Shown here: piece after piece, positions 38,358 to 48,060 of the stretch
How the letters are laid out: every line of letters begins with the position of its first letter
How positions within the stretch are numbered: the first letter of the stretch is position 1
DNA from: Candidatus Woesebacteria bacterium GW2011_GWA1_39_21
GTDB lineage: Bacteria; Patescibacteriota; Microgenomatia; UBA8517
Assembly: GCA_000993685.1 (NCBI GenBank)
Contig: LBWP01000006.1
Location: 5,356 to 69,355, forward strand
Reading direction: 5' to 3'
DNA length: 64,000 nucleotides
The notes under the pieces: generated by a model
Databases searched by the model: none
The model's input: only the letters and a program-made list of their open reading frames with translations
What the model was told of the DNA's origin: nothing
Translations under genes and position numbers: made by a program

Positions 38358-38711
38358 ATGTCAAATAGTTTTACATATAAAGACAAAGACGTTGGGGTTG
38401 GCGACAGGGTGCATGTAATCCAAAAAGTATTCGAGTCCGGAAAAGAAAGAAGACAAATATTTATTGGAACCCTGATCAAGGTTAAGGGTGAATCTGAAAA
38501 CAGAACTGTCACTGTCAGAAGAATTGGAGAAAACAAAATCGGCATTGAAAAGATCTTCTCGGTTAACAATCCTTTTCTTGAGGATATTGTTGTTGCCCAC
38601 GAAGGCCACAAAGGTACGAGAAAAGCAAAGATCTACTACATCCGCCACAAATCCAAAAAAGAAATCGATAAAAGCTCCTCCCGCAACAAGAAAAAGGAAG
38701 CAAAGAAATAA
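38358..38711 (+). CDS. rplS: 50S ribosomal protein L19
   Basis: VGDRV.V, KERRQ.F.G, TVRRI...IGIEKIF, RKAKIYYIR; likely start ATG 38358. Confidence 0.9.
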   Translation: MSNSFTYKDKDVGVGDRVHVIQKVFESGKERRQIFIGTLIKVKGESENRTVTVRRIGENKIGIEKIFSVNNPFLEDIVVAHEGHKGTRKAKIYYIRHKSKKEIDKSSSRNKKKEAKK

Positions 38712-38785
38712 TTCCCAGGAACCTTACCCATTACACATCGTTTTTCCACTTTTAATGTTATTACTTTATAATAGGATATTTAAAG

Positions 38786-39142
38786 ATGAAAAAAAACTCC
38801 TCTGATAAAGGTAAGGTTGGTGAAAGCTACGCAAGCCTGCTTCTTAAAAAAAACGGTTATAAAATCGTAAACAAAAATTTCAGATCAAGATTTGGTGAAA
38901 TCGACATCGTTGCCGAAAAGGATGGTTACACATATTTCTGCGAGGTCAAAACACGTTGGGGAGTTTCTTTCGGACATCCAGAAGAAGCCGTTAACAAGCT
39001 GAAGTTAGATAAGATTAAAAAAACAATTGACTATTATTTGCAGCAAAAGAGTGGAAGTTATACATCCGCTAGGATTTTAGTCATCGCCCAAATAATCAAC
39101 AACGGTTCTTTAGCTTATCAAAAACTTATCATTGTTGATTAA
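38786..39142 (+). CDS. yraN: YraN family putative endonuclease
   Basis: G..GE, NFR...GEIDIVA, F.EVKTR, EAV. Confidence 0.9.
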   Translation: MKKNSSDKGKVGESYASLLLKKNGYKIVNKNFRSRFGEIDIVAEKDGYTYFCEVKTRWGVSFGHPEEAVNKLKLDKIKKTIDYYLQQKSGSYTSARILVIAQIINNGSLAYQKLIIVD

Positions 39143-39903
39143 TTAGACAGAAAACAAAAAAATGATCCAACGATTGTAGATTCTTTTATTGAGAAGGTGT
39201 CGTCAATAAAAACTGATGCGTTTCCACCATCCAAGTTGACCGCATCTGTTAAATCGATCGATCTTTTGCTTTTTAAAGCTTCCAAAATATTTTCAACCTG
39301 CGTATATTGGGGGCCACTCCCAAAATCATCATATTTAAAAATTGCAATCACATAAACCTCATTTGTCCTGGTTTTTCCCAAAATGATTCTCCGCCCGTAA
39401 TTTTTTAGATTTTCCGGTGTTTCATACGAGGAACGATAAATAAATATCGGACCTGCTTGCATTAAGAGTACTTTCCTTTTATCCAAGCCAGAGTCGGAAA
39501 TTTTTTGAATATCAATTTTCCCGGTGACATCAACACTAACCACGCCGTTTAAAAAGGTGGAACCTTTAATCTTCCCCAAGTATTTCCCATCCAAATAGAA
39601 CAATCCCAACGGCTTTCTCGCTTCGTCAAAAAGCCCACCGTTGACTAAAACCTGACATTGGTTTGCACCGATAATTTCACTTGATGTAAGTTGTGTTTCA
39701 AAATTAGCTATGACTTTCGCTTTGTAATCAGTTACGTTTCTGGTTACAACTACATAATCGCCAATTAAATATTTATCAAGGGTGTTTGTATTGCCTTGTT
39801 CCTGCGTTTCGTTAACAGATCTTTCATAAGTCTTATCTTTTTTCAGAAGATCTATCACACCAATTGTTAGAATTAAAAATAATACTAACAGCATCTTTTT
39901 CAT
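39139..39903 (-). CDS. Phosphodiester glycosidase (NAGPA-like) family protein
   Basis: VNGG.F, PLGL, QAGP, AVNLDGG.AS motifs; N-terminal anchor. Confidence 0.8.
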   Translation of the reverse strand: MKKMLLVLFLILTIGVIDLLKKDKTYERSVNETQEQGNTNTLDKYLIGDYVVVTRNVTDYKAKVIANFETQLTSSEIIGANQCQVLVNGGLFDEARKPLGLFYLDGKYLGKIKGSTFLNGVVSVDVTGKIDIQKISDSGLDKRKVLLMQAGPIFIYRSSYETPENLKNYGRRIILGKTRTNEVYVIAIFKYDDFGSGPQYTQVENILEALKSKRSIDLTDAVNLDGGNASVFIDDTFSIKESTIVGSFFCFLSN

Positions 39904-39961
39904 AGCTACCTTTATAATACTACTTGCACACGTTGTCTCCCTTAGCTTATCATCAATTTAT

Positions 39962-40072
39962 TGCTACCTTGCTTAAAACCACGGCATTTTTGCTTTGGAC
40001 ATAGCAAGTTTTCGCGGTTAACGAAGTTAATCGCAAGTGACAAAATACCAGGGGCTTTAGCCCGCAGTTTAT
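39962..40072 (+). mobile_element. Degenerate family-B-related mini element with internal 21-bp hairpin
   Basis: Right part GACAAAATACCA-GGGGCTTTAGCCCG-CAGTTTAT matches family B; follows TTAT; decayed left hairpin; GCGGTTAAC-GAA-GTTAATCGC at 40014-40034. Confidence 0.65.
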
Positions 40073-40080
40073 TCATCAGG

Positions 40081-40314
40081 ATGCAACAAGTAAACGTCGT
40101 TGACAAACTAAGTTCGGGAAAGATATTTCTTATTATTTGGGTTATCTGTGTCGCGATTATGTATTTTTTATCTTCTAGACCTGGTAATCCTTTAATCTTT
40201 CCGGGCGACATTTACACGATAAAGGGAATGAATAAAATATACATTCCTTTAGGAAGTTCTCTCTATTTGGCGATAATTATATTTGTATTGTTGAAAATAT
40301 TTGTTAAGATATAG
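40081..40314 (+). CDS. DUF2905-like small membrane protein
   Basis: FPGDI and YIPLGSS motifs with two TM; start moved to ATG 40081 because the upstream part of the tracked ORF is repeat DNA. Confidence 0.65.
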   Translation: MQQVNVVDKLSSGKIFLIIWVICVAIMYFLSSRPGNPLIFPGDIYTIKGMNKIYIPLGSSLYLAIIIFVLLKIFVKI

Positions 40315-40344
40315 CGGTACCACATTTACAAAATTTACAAACAT

Positions 40345-40995
40345 ATGGTTACAAAAAAAGTGTCAGCAACAAAAACAGTTAGCAAAACCGCAAAAAAAGG
40401 CTTCGATAGATTTTTCAGCGGAAAAAGTCTTATAATTCTCGTTTTTTCAACGCTCTTACTTCTTATAGTTCCTTTAATCTGGTACATGAATAAAAGAATC
40501 TTTATCGCGAGGGTCAACGGTCAACCAATTTCTAGAATCGAGTTTTACAAGGAGCTTCAAAAGAGTAGCGGCGAAACAGTACTTAACGATCTGATTACAA
40601 AAAAGTTGATTTCTCAAGAAGCGGACAAACGCGGAATTAAAATATCAGAGGCGGATGTCCAAAATGAGCTTGGTAAAATCCGCTCCTCGATTGAATCTCA
40701 AGGTTCAACACTTGAGGACGTCTTAACCTACCAAGGCGTCACTAAAGCCCAGTTAGTTGAAAATATTCAGATTCAAAAAAAACTTGAGGGTATACTCAAA
40801 GAACAAATCACTGTTAGTGATAGCGATGTCAAAGACTATTACGATCAAAACAAAACTGCTTATCCGGCCACACAAACATTTGATCAATTGAAAGATCAAA
40901 TTCGTTCTGAACTCTACCAAAGCAAAATCCAGGAAGCTTACGCCAGCTGGATCGCAGAGGTGCGCGGTAAATCTCTAATTGAAAAATATTTATAA
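40345..40995 (+). CDS. SurA N-terminal/PrsA-like foldase
   Basis: TM anchor, ARVNGQPI, LI..KLI.QEA; no parvulin core visible. Confidence 0.75.
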   Translation: MVTKKVSATKTVSKTAKKGFDRFFSGKSLIILVFSTLLLLIVPLIWYMNKRIFIARVNGQPISRIEFYKELQKSSGETVLNDLITKKLISQEADKRGIKISEADVQNELGKIRSSIESQGSTLEDVLTYQGVTKAQLVENIQIQKKLEGILKEQITVSDSDVKDYYDQNKTAYPATQTFDQLKDQIRSELYQSKIQEAYASWIAEVRGKSLIEKYL

Positions 40996-41000
40996 TAATC

Positions 41001-41255
41001 ATGAGTTTTTTAAACGACTTTGCACTTGCAATACAAAACAACCCGATACTTTTGGTTATTTACTCTTTGTATACGCTTACCTTAAAAGGTTTTGCTCTTT
41101 GGAAGGCCGCAAAAAATTCCAATAAATATTGGTTCGTTGCAATTCTTATCATCAATCTCTTTGGAATTCCCGAGCTTCTTTATATCTTTATTTTTTCGAA
41201 AAGGAGTATTTCCTTCAGCTTTTTACATTCACAAAAGTCTAATTCGAAAAAATGA
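41001..41255 (+). CDS. DUF5652-like small membrane protein
   Basis: KG.ALWKAA....K.WF..IL..N..GI motif. Confidence 0.7.
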   Translation: MSFLNDFALAIQNNPILLVIYSLYTLTLKGFALWKAAKNSNKYWFVAILIINLFGIPELLYIFIFSKRSISFSFLHSQKSNSKK

Positions 41256-41755
41256 TTATCCTTGGCCTTGATCCTGGAACAGCTACAACAGGTTTTGGCT
41301 TAATTGAGATCAACGAAAAAAATTTTTCTGTAATTAATTTCGGAATAATCCAAACTGATAAAAACCATCACCAAGGAAGACGTCTTTCTGAAATTTATAA
41401 AACACTCTCGAAGCTGGTTAGTAATTACAAACCCGATGCGATCTCGATGGAGAAAATATTTTTTGCAACTAATGCCAAAACAGCAATTTCTGTTGGTCAG
41501 GCACAGGGAGTTATGATGCTTTGTGCCTATCGTTTCAACAAACAATTGTTTGAATATGCTCCAGGTACAATAAAAAAACAGATCTCCGGAAGCGGAAGGT
41601 CCGATAAAAAAATGATGCAAAAAGCTGTCAGAAAAATCTTAGGACCGAAAATTAAAAGCAAAAAAGGACAAAAAACGCACTTCGACGATGCTGCTGATGC
41701 CTTAGCAATAGCTCTATGTCACGCGGTCACAATTGGAGAAGTAACTCTGTTCTAG
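41252..41755 (+). CDS. ruvC: Holliday junction resolvase RuvC
   Basis: ILGLDPG..TTGFG, E.IFF, G.GR.DK, DDAADALAIA. Confidence 0.95.
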   Translation: MIILGLDPGTATTGFGLIEINEKNFSVINFGIIQTDKNHHQGRRLSEIYKTLSKLVSNYKPDAISMEKIFFATNAKTAISVGQAQGVMMLCAYRFNKQLFEYAPGTIKKQISGSGRSDKKMMQKAVRKILGPKIKSKKGQKTHFDDAADALAIALCHAVTIGEVTLF

Positions 41756-41831
41756 TATAATCAATTTTGCAAGAAAATAAGGTAAGCATTTTCAATAAAA
41801 TATAGCCAAGAATTTGAGGGGGGTGATTAAA

Positions 41832-42083
41832 ATGGATGGAGTGAAAGTTGGCATTGTAACGCACTACTACGAAAAAATTAAAGTTGCCATAATTTCTGTG
41901 GAATCTGACTTAAAAGTTGGAGATAAAATTAAATTTGTCAGAGGCGGTGAAGATTTATTCGAACAAATAATCGATTCGATGCAGGTTGAACACAAAAACA
42001 TTGATCCAGCGATAAAAGGAAATGTGATAGGATTAAAAGTCGAGAATGAAGTTAAAGAAGGCGCTGAAGTTTATAGGGTTTAA
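41832..42083 (+). CDS. Small beta-barrel protein (EF-like / U32 peptidase C-terminal-like)
   Basis: GAGGGGGGTG RBS before ATG 41832; VG.VTHYY.KI.VA, LKVGD.I, SMQVEH. Confidence 0.7.
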   Translation: MDGVKVGIVTHYYEKIKVAIISVESDLKVGDKIKFVRGGEDLFEQIIDSMQVEHKNIDPAIKGNVIGLKVENEVKEGAEVYRV

Positions 42084-42513
42084 GAACTCTACTAAAAAAA
42101 GAAAAAAACGAAGGAAATCCTCCAGTGCGGTGGTTTGGGAAAAAGCAAAAGATATCCAAACACGGATCGCTCATTTAATCCGCTTATCACACCTTCCATT
42201 TGCACCCGAAAAAATCAGTTGCATGCGCTCGTACAATTCAAAATCAAGAGCCTATGCGAGGATTTGGGGTCTATCAAAAGTTTGGCAGTTATCTCTAAAT
42301 TTAAAGCCATCTTACGTTATCGAAGTTCTTTCGGAAAAATTCGATGGTTTACCTAATGATAAAAAGGATGAAGTACTCTTACACGAACTTGCTCATATCC
42401 CGAATAACTTTTCAGGGAGTTTGCTGCCACATATCAGACACGGAAAAAGAAGCTTTAGTAAAAAAGTAGACAGGCTTGTTCAGTCTGTAAAATTAAATTT
42501 AAAAAAACTATAG
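42046..42513 (+). CDS. Putative zinc metallopeptidase (start uncertain)
   Basis: RAYARIWG and HELAHIP motifs. Confidence 0.7.
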   Translation: MKLKKALKFIGFKNSTKKRKKRRKSSSAVVWEKAKDIQTRIAHLIRLSHLPFAPEKISCMRSYNSKSRAYARIWGLSKVWQLSLNLKPSYVIEVLSEKFDGLPNDKKDEVLLHELAHIPNNFSGSLLPHIRHGKRSFSKKVDRLVQSVKLNLKKL

Positions 42514-42523
42514 AGGCGAATTT

Positions 42524-43189
42524 ATGAATATTTATCTAATTCATGGAGACAATACCCTGCGTTCCTACGAGCGCCTCCAAGAATATATCCAATGGGGTAA
42601 AAAAAAGTTTTGGGACATTGTAAAAATTGATGCGAAGGATCAAAACACAATCAGCATCCTGCGGTCAGAAAATCTTTTTATGCAGAAAAGAATGGTTGTT
42701 ATCGACAACTATACCCAAATCAATGCAGAAGCCGTAAAATTTATCAACCAAAGTGATCTTGATATCGAACTTATTATCTACCATAAAAGCCAGATACCAA
42801 AAACATTTATTAAAAAGCTCAAAAGCGTTAAAAAGGATGAAGAGTACAAACTTTCGAAGTTTTTGTGGAAATTTATCGACAGTTTTTATCCGGGAAACGC
42901 AAAAGCGTGTCTGACCTTACTTGACGTAACAGTCAAAAGTGACCCAATTGAGTTAGTTTTTTCAATTCTTGTAGGACAACTAAGAGATATTTTCCTAGTA
43001 GTCAAAAAACAACTACTGTCATATCCGCCTTGGAGAATGGCAAAGCTAAAAGAGCATGCCGAGAAATTTGGAAAAAATGGAATTGGAAAAACGATCGACG
43101 CCCTAGCTGAAATTGATTTAAAGATAAAAACAAGTGATTCGAACCTCAAAGACGAGCTTGATTTATTTATCGCAACAAAGTTAGAATGA
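42524..43189 (+). CDS. holA: Short DNA polymerase III delta-like subunit
   Basis: IYLIHGD start; C-terminal PW...KL and L..ID..IKT pattern. Confidence 0.6.
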   Translation: MNIYLIHGDNTLRSYERLQEYIQWGKKKFWDIVKIDAKDQNTISILRSENLFMQKRMVVIDNYTQINAEAVKFINQSDLDIELIIYHKSQIPKTFIKKLKSVKKDEEYKLSKFLWKFIDSFYPGNAKACLTLLDVTVKSDPIELVFSILVGQLRDIFLVVKKQLLSYPPWRMAKLKEHAEKFGKNGIGKTIDALAEIDLKIKTSDSNLKDELDLFIATKLE

Positions 43190-43198
43190 AGGACTGAT

Positions 43199-44629
43199 AT
43201 GCCGGAATATACAGATCCTCATTTTACAGATAATATCTTCAGGGGTTATGACATAAGAGGAAAATATCCAGATGAATTAAACGAGGCTGGTGCATATACG
43301 ATCGGTCGTGCTTACTCAACCTTTTTGTCGCGAAGAAGAATTAATGAATGTGTAATTTCTGGCGATAACCGTATTACAACTCCAAATATTAAGAGGGCGA
43401 TAATTGATGGTCTTTTGGATTCCGGTATTAATGTAATTGATTTAGGTTTGGGTCTGGTTTATTTTATGTATTTCGGACAATATTATTTCCAATCAAAGGG
43501 TGGGGTAAATGTAAGCGCTTCTCATAACCCCAAAGAATATAACGGGTTCAAACTTGCTGTAGGTTTTTCAGACACAATGATAACAGAAGAGATTGTTGAA
43601 CTAAGAGAAATAGCAAAAAAAGGTAAATTTACTACTCCAAACGAAAAAGGTGAATATAGAGAAGAAGAAATATTTTCGCATTACAAAAATGATTTATTTA
43701 AAAAAATGCCGGATAAACTAAGTTTTAGAGTTGTCGTTGATGGCGGTAATTGCACCCCCGGAAAATTTATGCCTGATATTTTAAGAGAGGCTGGTTGTGA
43801 AGTTATTGAACAAAATACTGAGCTTGACGGTAATTTTCCATTAGGAACACCGGATCCTACCGAGCGGGAGTATCTTCAAAGGTTGGCCGATGGGGTTGTA
43901 AAAAACAAAGCTGATATAGGTTTTTGTTACGACCCTGACGGTGACAGAATAGGGATTGTAGACAATGAAGGTAATATGATTTGGAATGATGTTTTGGTTT
44001 CAATTTTTGCTTCAGATCTTTTAGATTTCCAACCCAAAGCCAAAATCGTCTTTAATACATTATGTTCAAAACAAGTTACCGATGTAATAAAAGAACGAGG
44101 AGGTGTTCCAGTCATTTGGTTAACCGGACATTCTTTTATCAAAGCAAAGGTTAAGGAAGAAAGAGCTTTGTTTGGTGGTGAATTATCGGGGCATTTTTTC
44201 TTTATGGATAATTTTTATGGGCATGATGATTGTGCTTTTGCTAGTTTAAGGTTGTTGAATTATTTGAAAAGAGTCCGAAAAAGCTTAAAGCAAGTTATAT
44301 CTGAATTACCGAAATATTATTCAAGTCCAGAGATAAAACTAGGTTTAGCAGATAATATAAAATTTGATTTTGTAAAAGATATTTTTGGGAAGGAACTTAA
44401 AGACATGTTTAAGGATGCAAAGTTTATAGAAATTGACGGCGTTCGTGCTGATACTGATACCGAAATGGTGATAATAAGAGCAAGTCAAAACGGCCCGTAT
44501 GTGACAATCAAATTCGAGGGAAAAACGGAAGATCAATACAATCAACTTAAATCAAAATTAAAAGTCATGTTGAAAAGTCATCGTGAAGTCGATTGGACAT
44601 ATGGAGTTAATACTGATGCATTTGATTAA
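43199..44629 (+). CDS. Phosphomannomutase/phosphoglucomutase
   Basis: FRGYDIRG, SASHNP, DPDGDR, GELSGH. Confidence 0.95.
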   Translation: MPEYTDPHFTDNIFRGYDIRGKYPDELNEAGAYTIGRAYSTFLSRRRINECVISGDNRITTPNIKRAIIDGLLDSGINVIDLGLGLVYFMYFGQYYFQSKGGVNVSASHNPKEYNGFKLAVGFSDTMITEEIVELREIAKKGKFTTPNEKGEYREEEIFSHYKNDLFKKMPDKLSFRVVVDGGNCTPGKFMPDILREAGCEVIEQNTELDGNFPLGTPDPTEREYLQRLADGVVKNKADIGFCYDPDGDRIGIVDNEGNMIWNDVLVSIFASDLLDFQPKAKIVFNTLCSKQVTDVIKERGGVPVIWLTGHSFIKAKVKEERALFGGELSGHFFFMDNFYGHDDCAFASLRLLNYLKRVRKSLKQVISELPKYYSSPEIKLGLADNIKFDFVKDIFGKELKDMFKDAKFIEIDGVRADTDTEMVIIRASQNGPYVTIKFEGKTEDQYNQLKSKLKVMLKSHREVDWTYGVNTDAFD

Positions 44630-44638
44630 TTTGATTTT

Positions 44639-45709
44639 ATGAATCAATTACAATTATTAGATAAAATTAAAAAGCTTGACAAACAAAATGTTTATGCCTC
44701 GGTTCTTGCACTTCCGGATCAGTGTCTTCATGCCTGGAATGAGGCTAATCAGGTAAAAATTCCGCATGATTATAAAAACGTTGAGAATGTTGTCATGTGC
44801 GGAATGGGCGGGTCAGGTTTAGGCGCAAGGGTTATTGAGTCTCTTTACTTTTCTAAACTTTCAAAACCATTAACTCGGGTAAATGATTACCACCTTCCGC
44901 TATTTGTAAATGAGAAATCACTCGTCTTTATTTCAAGTTATTCAGGGAATACAGAAGAAACTGTACAAAATATTAATGAGGCGTTGGAACGGAAAGCTAA
45001 AATATTAGTCATTGGTTCCGGCGGAAAACTAATCGAGAAAGCAAAAGAAAATAATTTACCGTACTACCAGATAGTACCCACTTACAACCCCTCAAATCAA
45101 CCCAGAATGGCCATCGGCTACTCAATCATAGGTCAGCTGGTCTTCGCAATGAAGGCGGGGCTTTTGGAGATTAAAAAAGAAGATGTTGATAAATCAGTCA
45201 GTATTATGAAAAAGATTTTTGATGTTAATGATATTGATAAAGATGAAACCCCCGATTCATTAAAAATTGCAAACTCGATGAAGGGGAAAATAATTTTGTA
45301 CGTTTCTTCCGAACACTTGGTCGGTGCCACGCATGTTGTCAATAACCAGCAAAACGAAAACGCGAAGAATCTTTCTTTTGATTTTGCAATACCCGAGCTT
45401 AACCATCACCTGATGGAAGGGCTCAAACACCCGGCGACAAACAATAAAAACATTTTATTTTTCTTTATTAATTCCGAATTGTATTCATCGCGCGTTCGAC
45501 AAAGATTTGAGATTACCACCGACGTTGTCGGCCAAAATAATATTCCTAGCGTTTCCTACAAAGTAAATTCAGACGACAAATTTTCTCAAGTTTTTGAGCT
45601 CATCCAGTTTGGGGCGTTTTTAAATTTCTATCTCACCATGCTTAATGGAATTAATCCCGCTCCTATTCCATGGGTTGATTATTTTAAGGAAAAACTTGGC
45701 AATATTTAG
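44639..45709 (+). CDS. Bifunctional phosphoglucose/phosphomannose isomerase (SIS domain)
   Basis: GMGGSG, SYSGNTEET, QPR.A, NENAK, PELNHH. Confidence 0.9.
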   Translation: MNQLQLLDKIKKLDKQNVYASVLALPDQCLHAWNEANQVKIPHDYKNVENVVMCGMGGSGLGARVIESLYFSKLSKPLTRVNDYHLPLFVNEKSLVFISSYSGNTEETVQNINEALERKAKILVIGSGGKLIEKAKENNLPYYQIVPTYNPSNQPRMAIGYSIIGQLVFAMKAGLLEIKKEDVDKSVSIMKKIFDVNDIDKDETPDSLKIANSMKGKIILYVSSEHLVGATHVVNNQQNENAKNLSFDFAIPELNHHLMEGLKHPATNNKNILFFFINSELYSSRVRQRFEITTDVVGQNNIPSVSYKVNSDDKFSQVFELIQFGAFLNFYLTMLNGINPAPIPWVDYFKEKLGNI

Positions 45710-45723
45710 AGTGTTTTTAATTG

Positions 45724-45752
45724 TTGACCAAACGTAATTTTGCCTCTACGAT
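45724..45752 (+). promoter_or_regulatory. Sigma70-like promoter for ppsA-eno-dedA
   Basis: TTGACC-17 nt-TACGAT, 9 nt before the ppsA ATG. Confidence 0.5.
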
Positions 45753-45761
45753 TATAAATTA

Positions 45762-48059
45762 ATGACTAATTCTGCCCAGAATTACAATCTCTTCTTAAAA
45801 GACATCAACAAAGACGATATTTCACTTGTCGGAGGCAAAGGAGCAAACCTTGGTGAGATGATTAACGCAGGCTTCCCGGTTCCAAATGGATTTGCAGTAA
45901 CAACACTTTCGTATGATGAATTTTTAAAGGAAAATGATCTGTTTTCCAAAATAAATGATGATATTAAAAACGTAAATGTCGACGTTTCGGATGAGCTCGA
46001 CAGTGTTTCCAAAAAAATACAAAAAACCATTTTACAAGGCGAGATTCCGCATGAAGTTGCTGTAGATATTGTTAAATTTTATAAAAAACTGTCGGGTCCT
46101 TTTTCACAAGCACTTGTTGCCGTCCGCTCTTCTGCAACAGCGGAAGACTTGCCCGGAATGTCATTTGCCGGTCAGCAGGCAACATTCTTAAATGTCAAAG
46201 GGCAGAACAATCTGATCACAGCCGTGCGTGAGTGCTGGGCATCGCTTTTTACTCCACGGGCAATTTTCTATAGACATCAAAACAAAATTCCCACCGGTAA
46301 GGTAAAGATCTCTGTTATTGTTCAGAAAATGGTCGAGTCGGAAGTATCGGGTGTGATGTTTTCGATAAATCCTGTTACCAATGAGAAAGACAAAATTGTG
46401 ATTGAAGCGGTTTGGGGACTCGGCGAAATGATCGTCCAGGGTTCGGTTGTGCCTGATACATACCTCGTCCAGAAAGAAACATTTGCAATTCTTTCTAAAG
46501 AAGTTTCTGACCAAAAAGTAATGCTAAGTCGAAAGAAAGGCGAGAATATAGAAACCGAAGTACCGAAAAAACTTATTGACCTACAAAAAATTAAAGATGA
46601 GGATATCATTAAACTAGCAAAAATTTCGGATGCGCTTCAGAAACATTACTATTTTCCACAAGATTCAGAATGGGCATTAGAAAAAGGAAAGCTCTATATT
46701 GTTCAGACCCGACCGGTTACTACAATTGAAGACGTCCAGAAACAAAAGGCGAAGGCTTCTTCTGGAGTCAAAGATGAAAACCAACTCGATACTCCGATAT
46801 TATCCGGTGCTTCCGCAAGCCCAGGCATTGGAACGGGAACTGTCAAAATTCTCAAGAGTCCTAAAGAAATTGTCAAGATTAAATCCGGCGATATCCTTGT
46901 TGCTAAAATGACTTCACCCGACTATGTTCCTGCAATGAAAAAGGCAGTTGCTATTGTTACTGACGAAGGTGGACTTACATCGCATGCGGCAATTGTATCA
47001 AGAGAGTTGGGAATTCCATGTGTTGTCGGCACTAAGAATGCGACCAAAATCCTAAAAGAAAACCAAATTCTCACGGTCGATGGGAGTAAAGGTTTAGTTT
47101 TTCTTGGTGGTAAGGTAAAAACATCTTCCACACTTAAAAAAGCTGAACCTCTTGTTAATATCAAGACTAAGACGGCAACAAAGTTGTATGTGAACCTCGC
47201 AGAACCCGAACGCGCAAAGGAAGTTTCAAAAATGAATGTCAACGGCGTTGGACTTCTCCGCGCTGAGTTTATGGTTGCCAACATTGGAATACACCCGAAG
47301 GAAGCAATTCAACAAAAGAAGCAGGATGTCTTTATCGAAAAGCTTGAAGCCGGCCTCGAGGAGTTTACAAAGGCGTTTGACCCCCGTCCTGTTGTCTACC
47401 GTGCGACAGATTTCAAAACAAACGAATATCGAAGTCTCCCCGGTGGTGATAAATGGGAACCTAACGAAGCCAATCCGATGCTTGGATTCCGAGGTGCATA
47501 CCGATATATCTCACATCCCGAAGTTTTTAATTTAGAATTACAAGCAATTAAAAACGTCAGGAAAAAACATAAAAATCTCTGGATGATGATACCCTTTGTA
47601 CGCTCTCCAGAAGAACTTAAACGCGTGCGAAGATTGGTCGCCACTGAAGGACTTTTTGAAGATCCTACATTCAAATTTTGGATGATGGTTGAAATTCCGA
47701 TTAATGTAATTTTGATTGACGAATTTATAAAAATCGGCATTGACGGAGTTTCAATCGGATCCAACGATTTAACAATGCTGATTACAGGAACCGATCGCGA
47801 TAACGCCGAAGTTGCAAATGAATTTAACGAGCGCTCTCCCGCTGTTATGTGGGCACTACGCCGTGTTATTCGACACTGTAACAAGGCCGGCGTGACTTCT
47901 TCGATCTGTGGCCAAGCTCCATCAACTTACGATGATTTTGCAAGAAAACTCGTACGTTACGGAGTAACAAGTATGTCTGTCAATCCCGACGCGGTTGATA
48001 GAGTCAGAGGAGTAATAAAACTTGCAGAACAGGAGCTAGTTCGTGATAGAATAAAATAA
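45762..48059 (+). CDS. ppsA: Phosphoenolpyruvate synthase
   Basis: VGGKGANLGEM, AVRSSATAED, GGLTSHAAIV, EANPMLGFRG, SIGSNDLT. Confidence 0.95.
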   Translation: MTNSAQNYNLFLKDINKDDISLVGGKGANLGEMINAGFPVPNGFAVTTLSYDEFLKENDLFSKINDDIKNVNVDVSDELDSVSKKIQKTILQGEIPHEVAVDIVKFYKKLSGPFSQALVAVRSSATAEDLPGMSFAGQQATFLNVKGQNNLITAVRECWASLFTPRAIFYRHQNKIPTGKVKISVIVQKMVESEVSGVMFSINPVTNEKDKIVIEAVWGLGEMIVQGSVVPDTYLVQKETFAILSKEVSDQKVMLSRKKGENIETEVPKKLIDLQKIKDEDIIKLAKISDALQKHYYFPQDSEWALEKGKLYIVQTRPVTTIEDVQKQKAKASSGVKDENQLDTPILSGASASPGIGTGTVKILKSPKEIVKIKSGDILVAKMTSPDYVPAMKKAVAIVTDEGGLTSHAAIVSRELGIPCVVGTKNATKILKENQILTVDGSKGLVFLGGKVKTSSTLKKAEPLVNIKTKTATKLYVNLAEPERAKEVSKMNVNGVGLLRAEFMVANIGIHPKEAIQQKKQDVFIEKLEAGLEEFTKAFDPRPVVYRATDFKTNEYRSLPGGDKWEPNEANPMLGFRGAYRYISHPEVFNLELQAIKNVRKKHKNLWMMIPFVRSPEELKRVRRLVATEGLFEDPTFKFWMMVEIPINVILIDEFIKIGIDGVSIGSNDLTMLITGTDRDNAEVANEFNERSPAVMWALRRVIRHCNKAGVTSSICGQAPSTYDDFARKLVRYGVTSMSVNPDAVDRVRGVIKLAEQELVRDRIK

Positions 48060-48060
48060 T

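Noticed and set aside
22699..40072. Repeated hairpin units as a CRISPR array
   Set aside because: Copies are kilobases apart, there is no repeat-spacer periodicity and no cas genes are present
39961..40080. N-terminal part of ORF 39961-40314 and antisense ORF 39942-40211
   Set aside because: These translate the repeat element or the antisense strand; the likely gene starts at 40081
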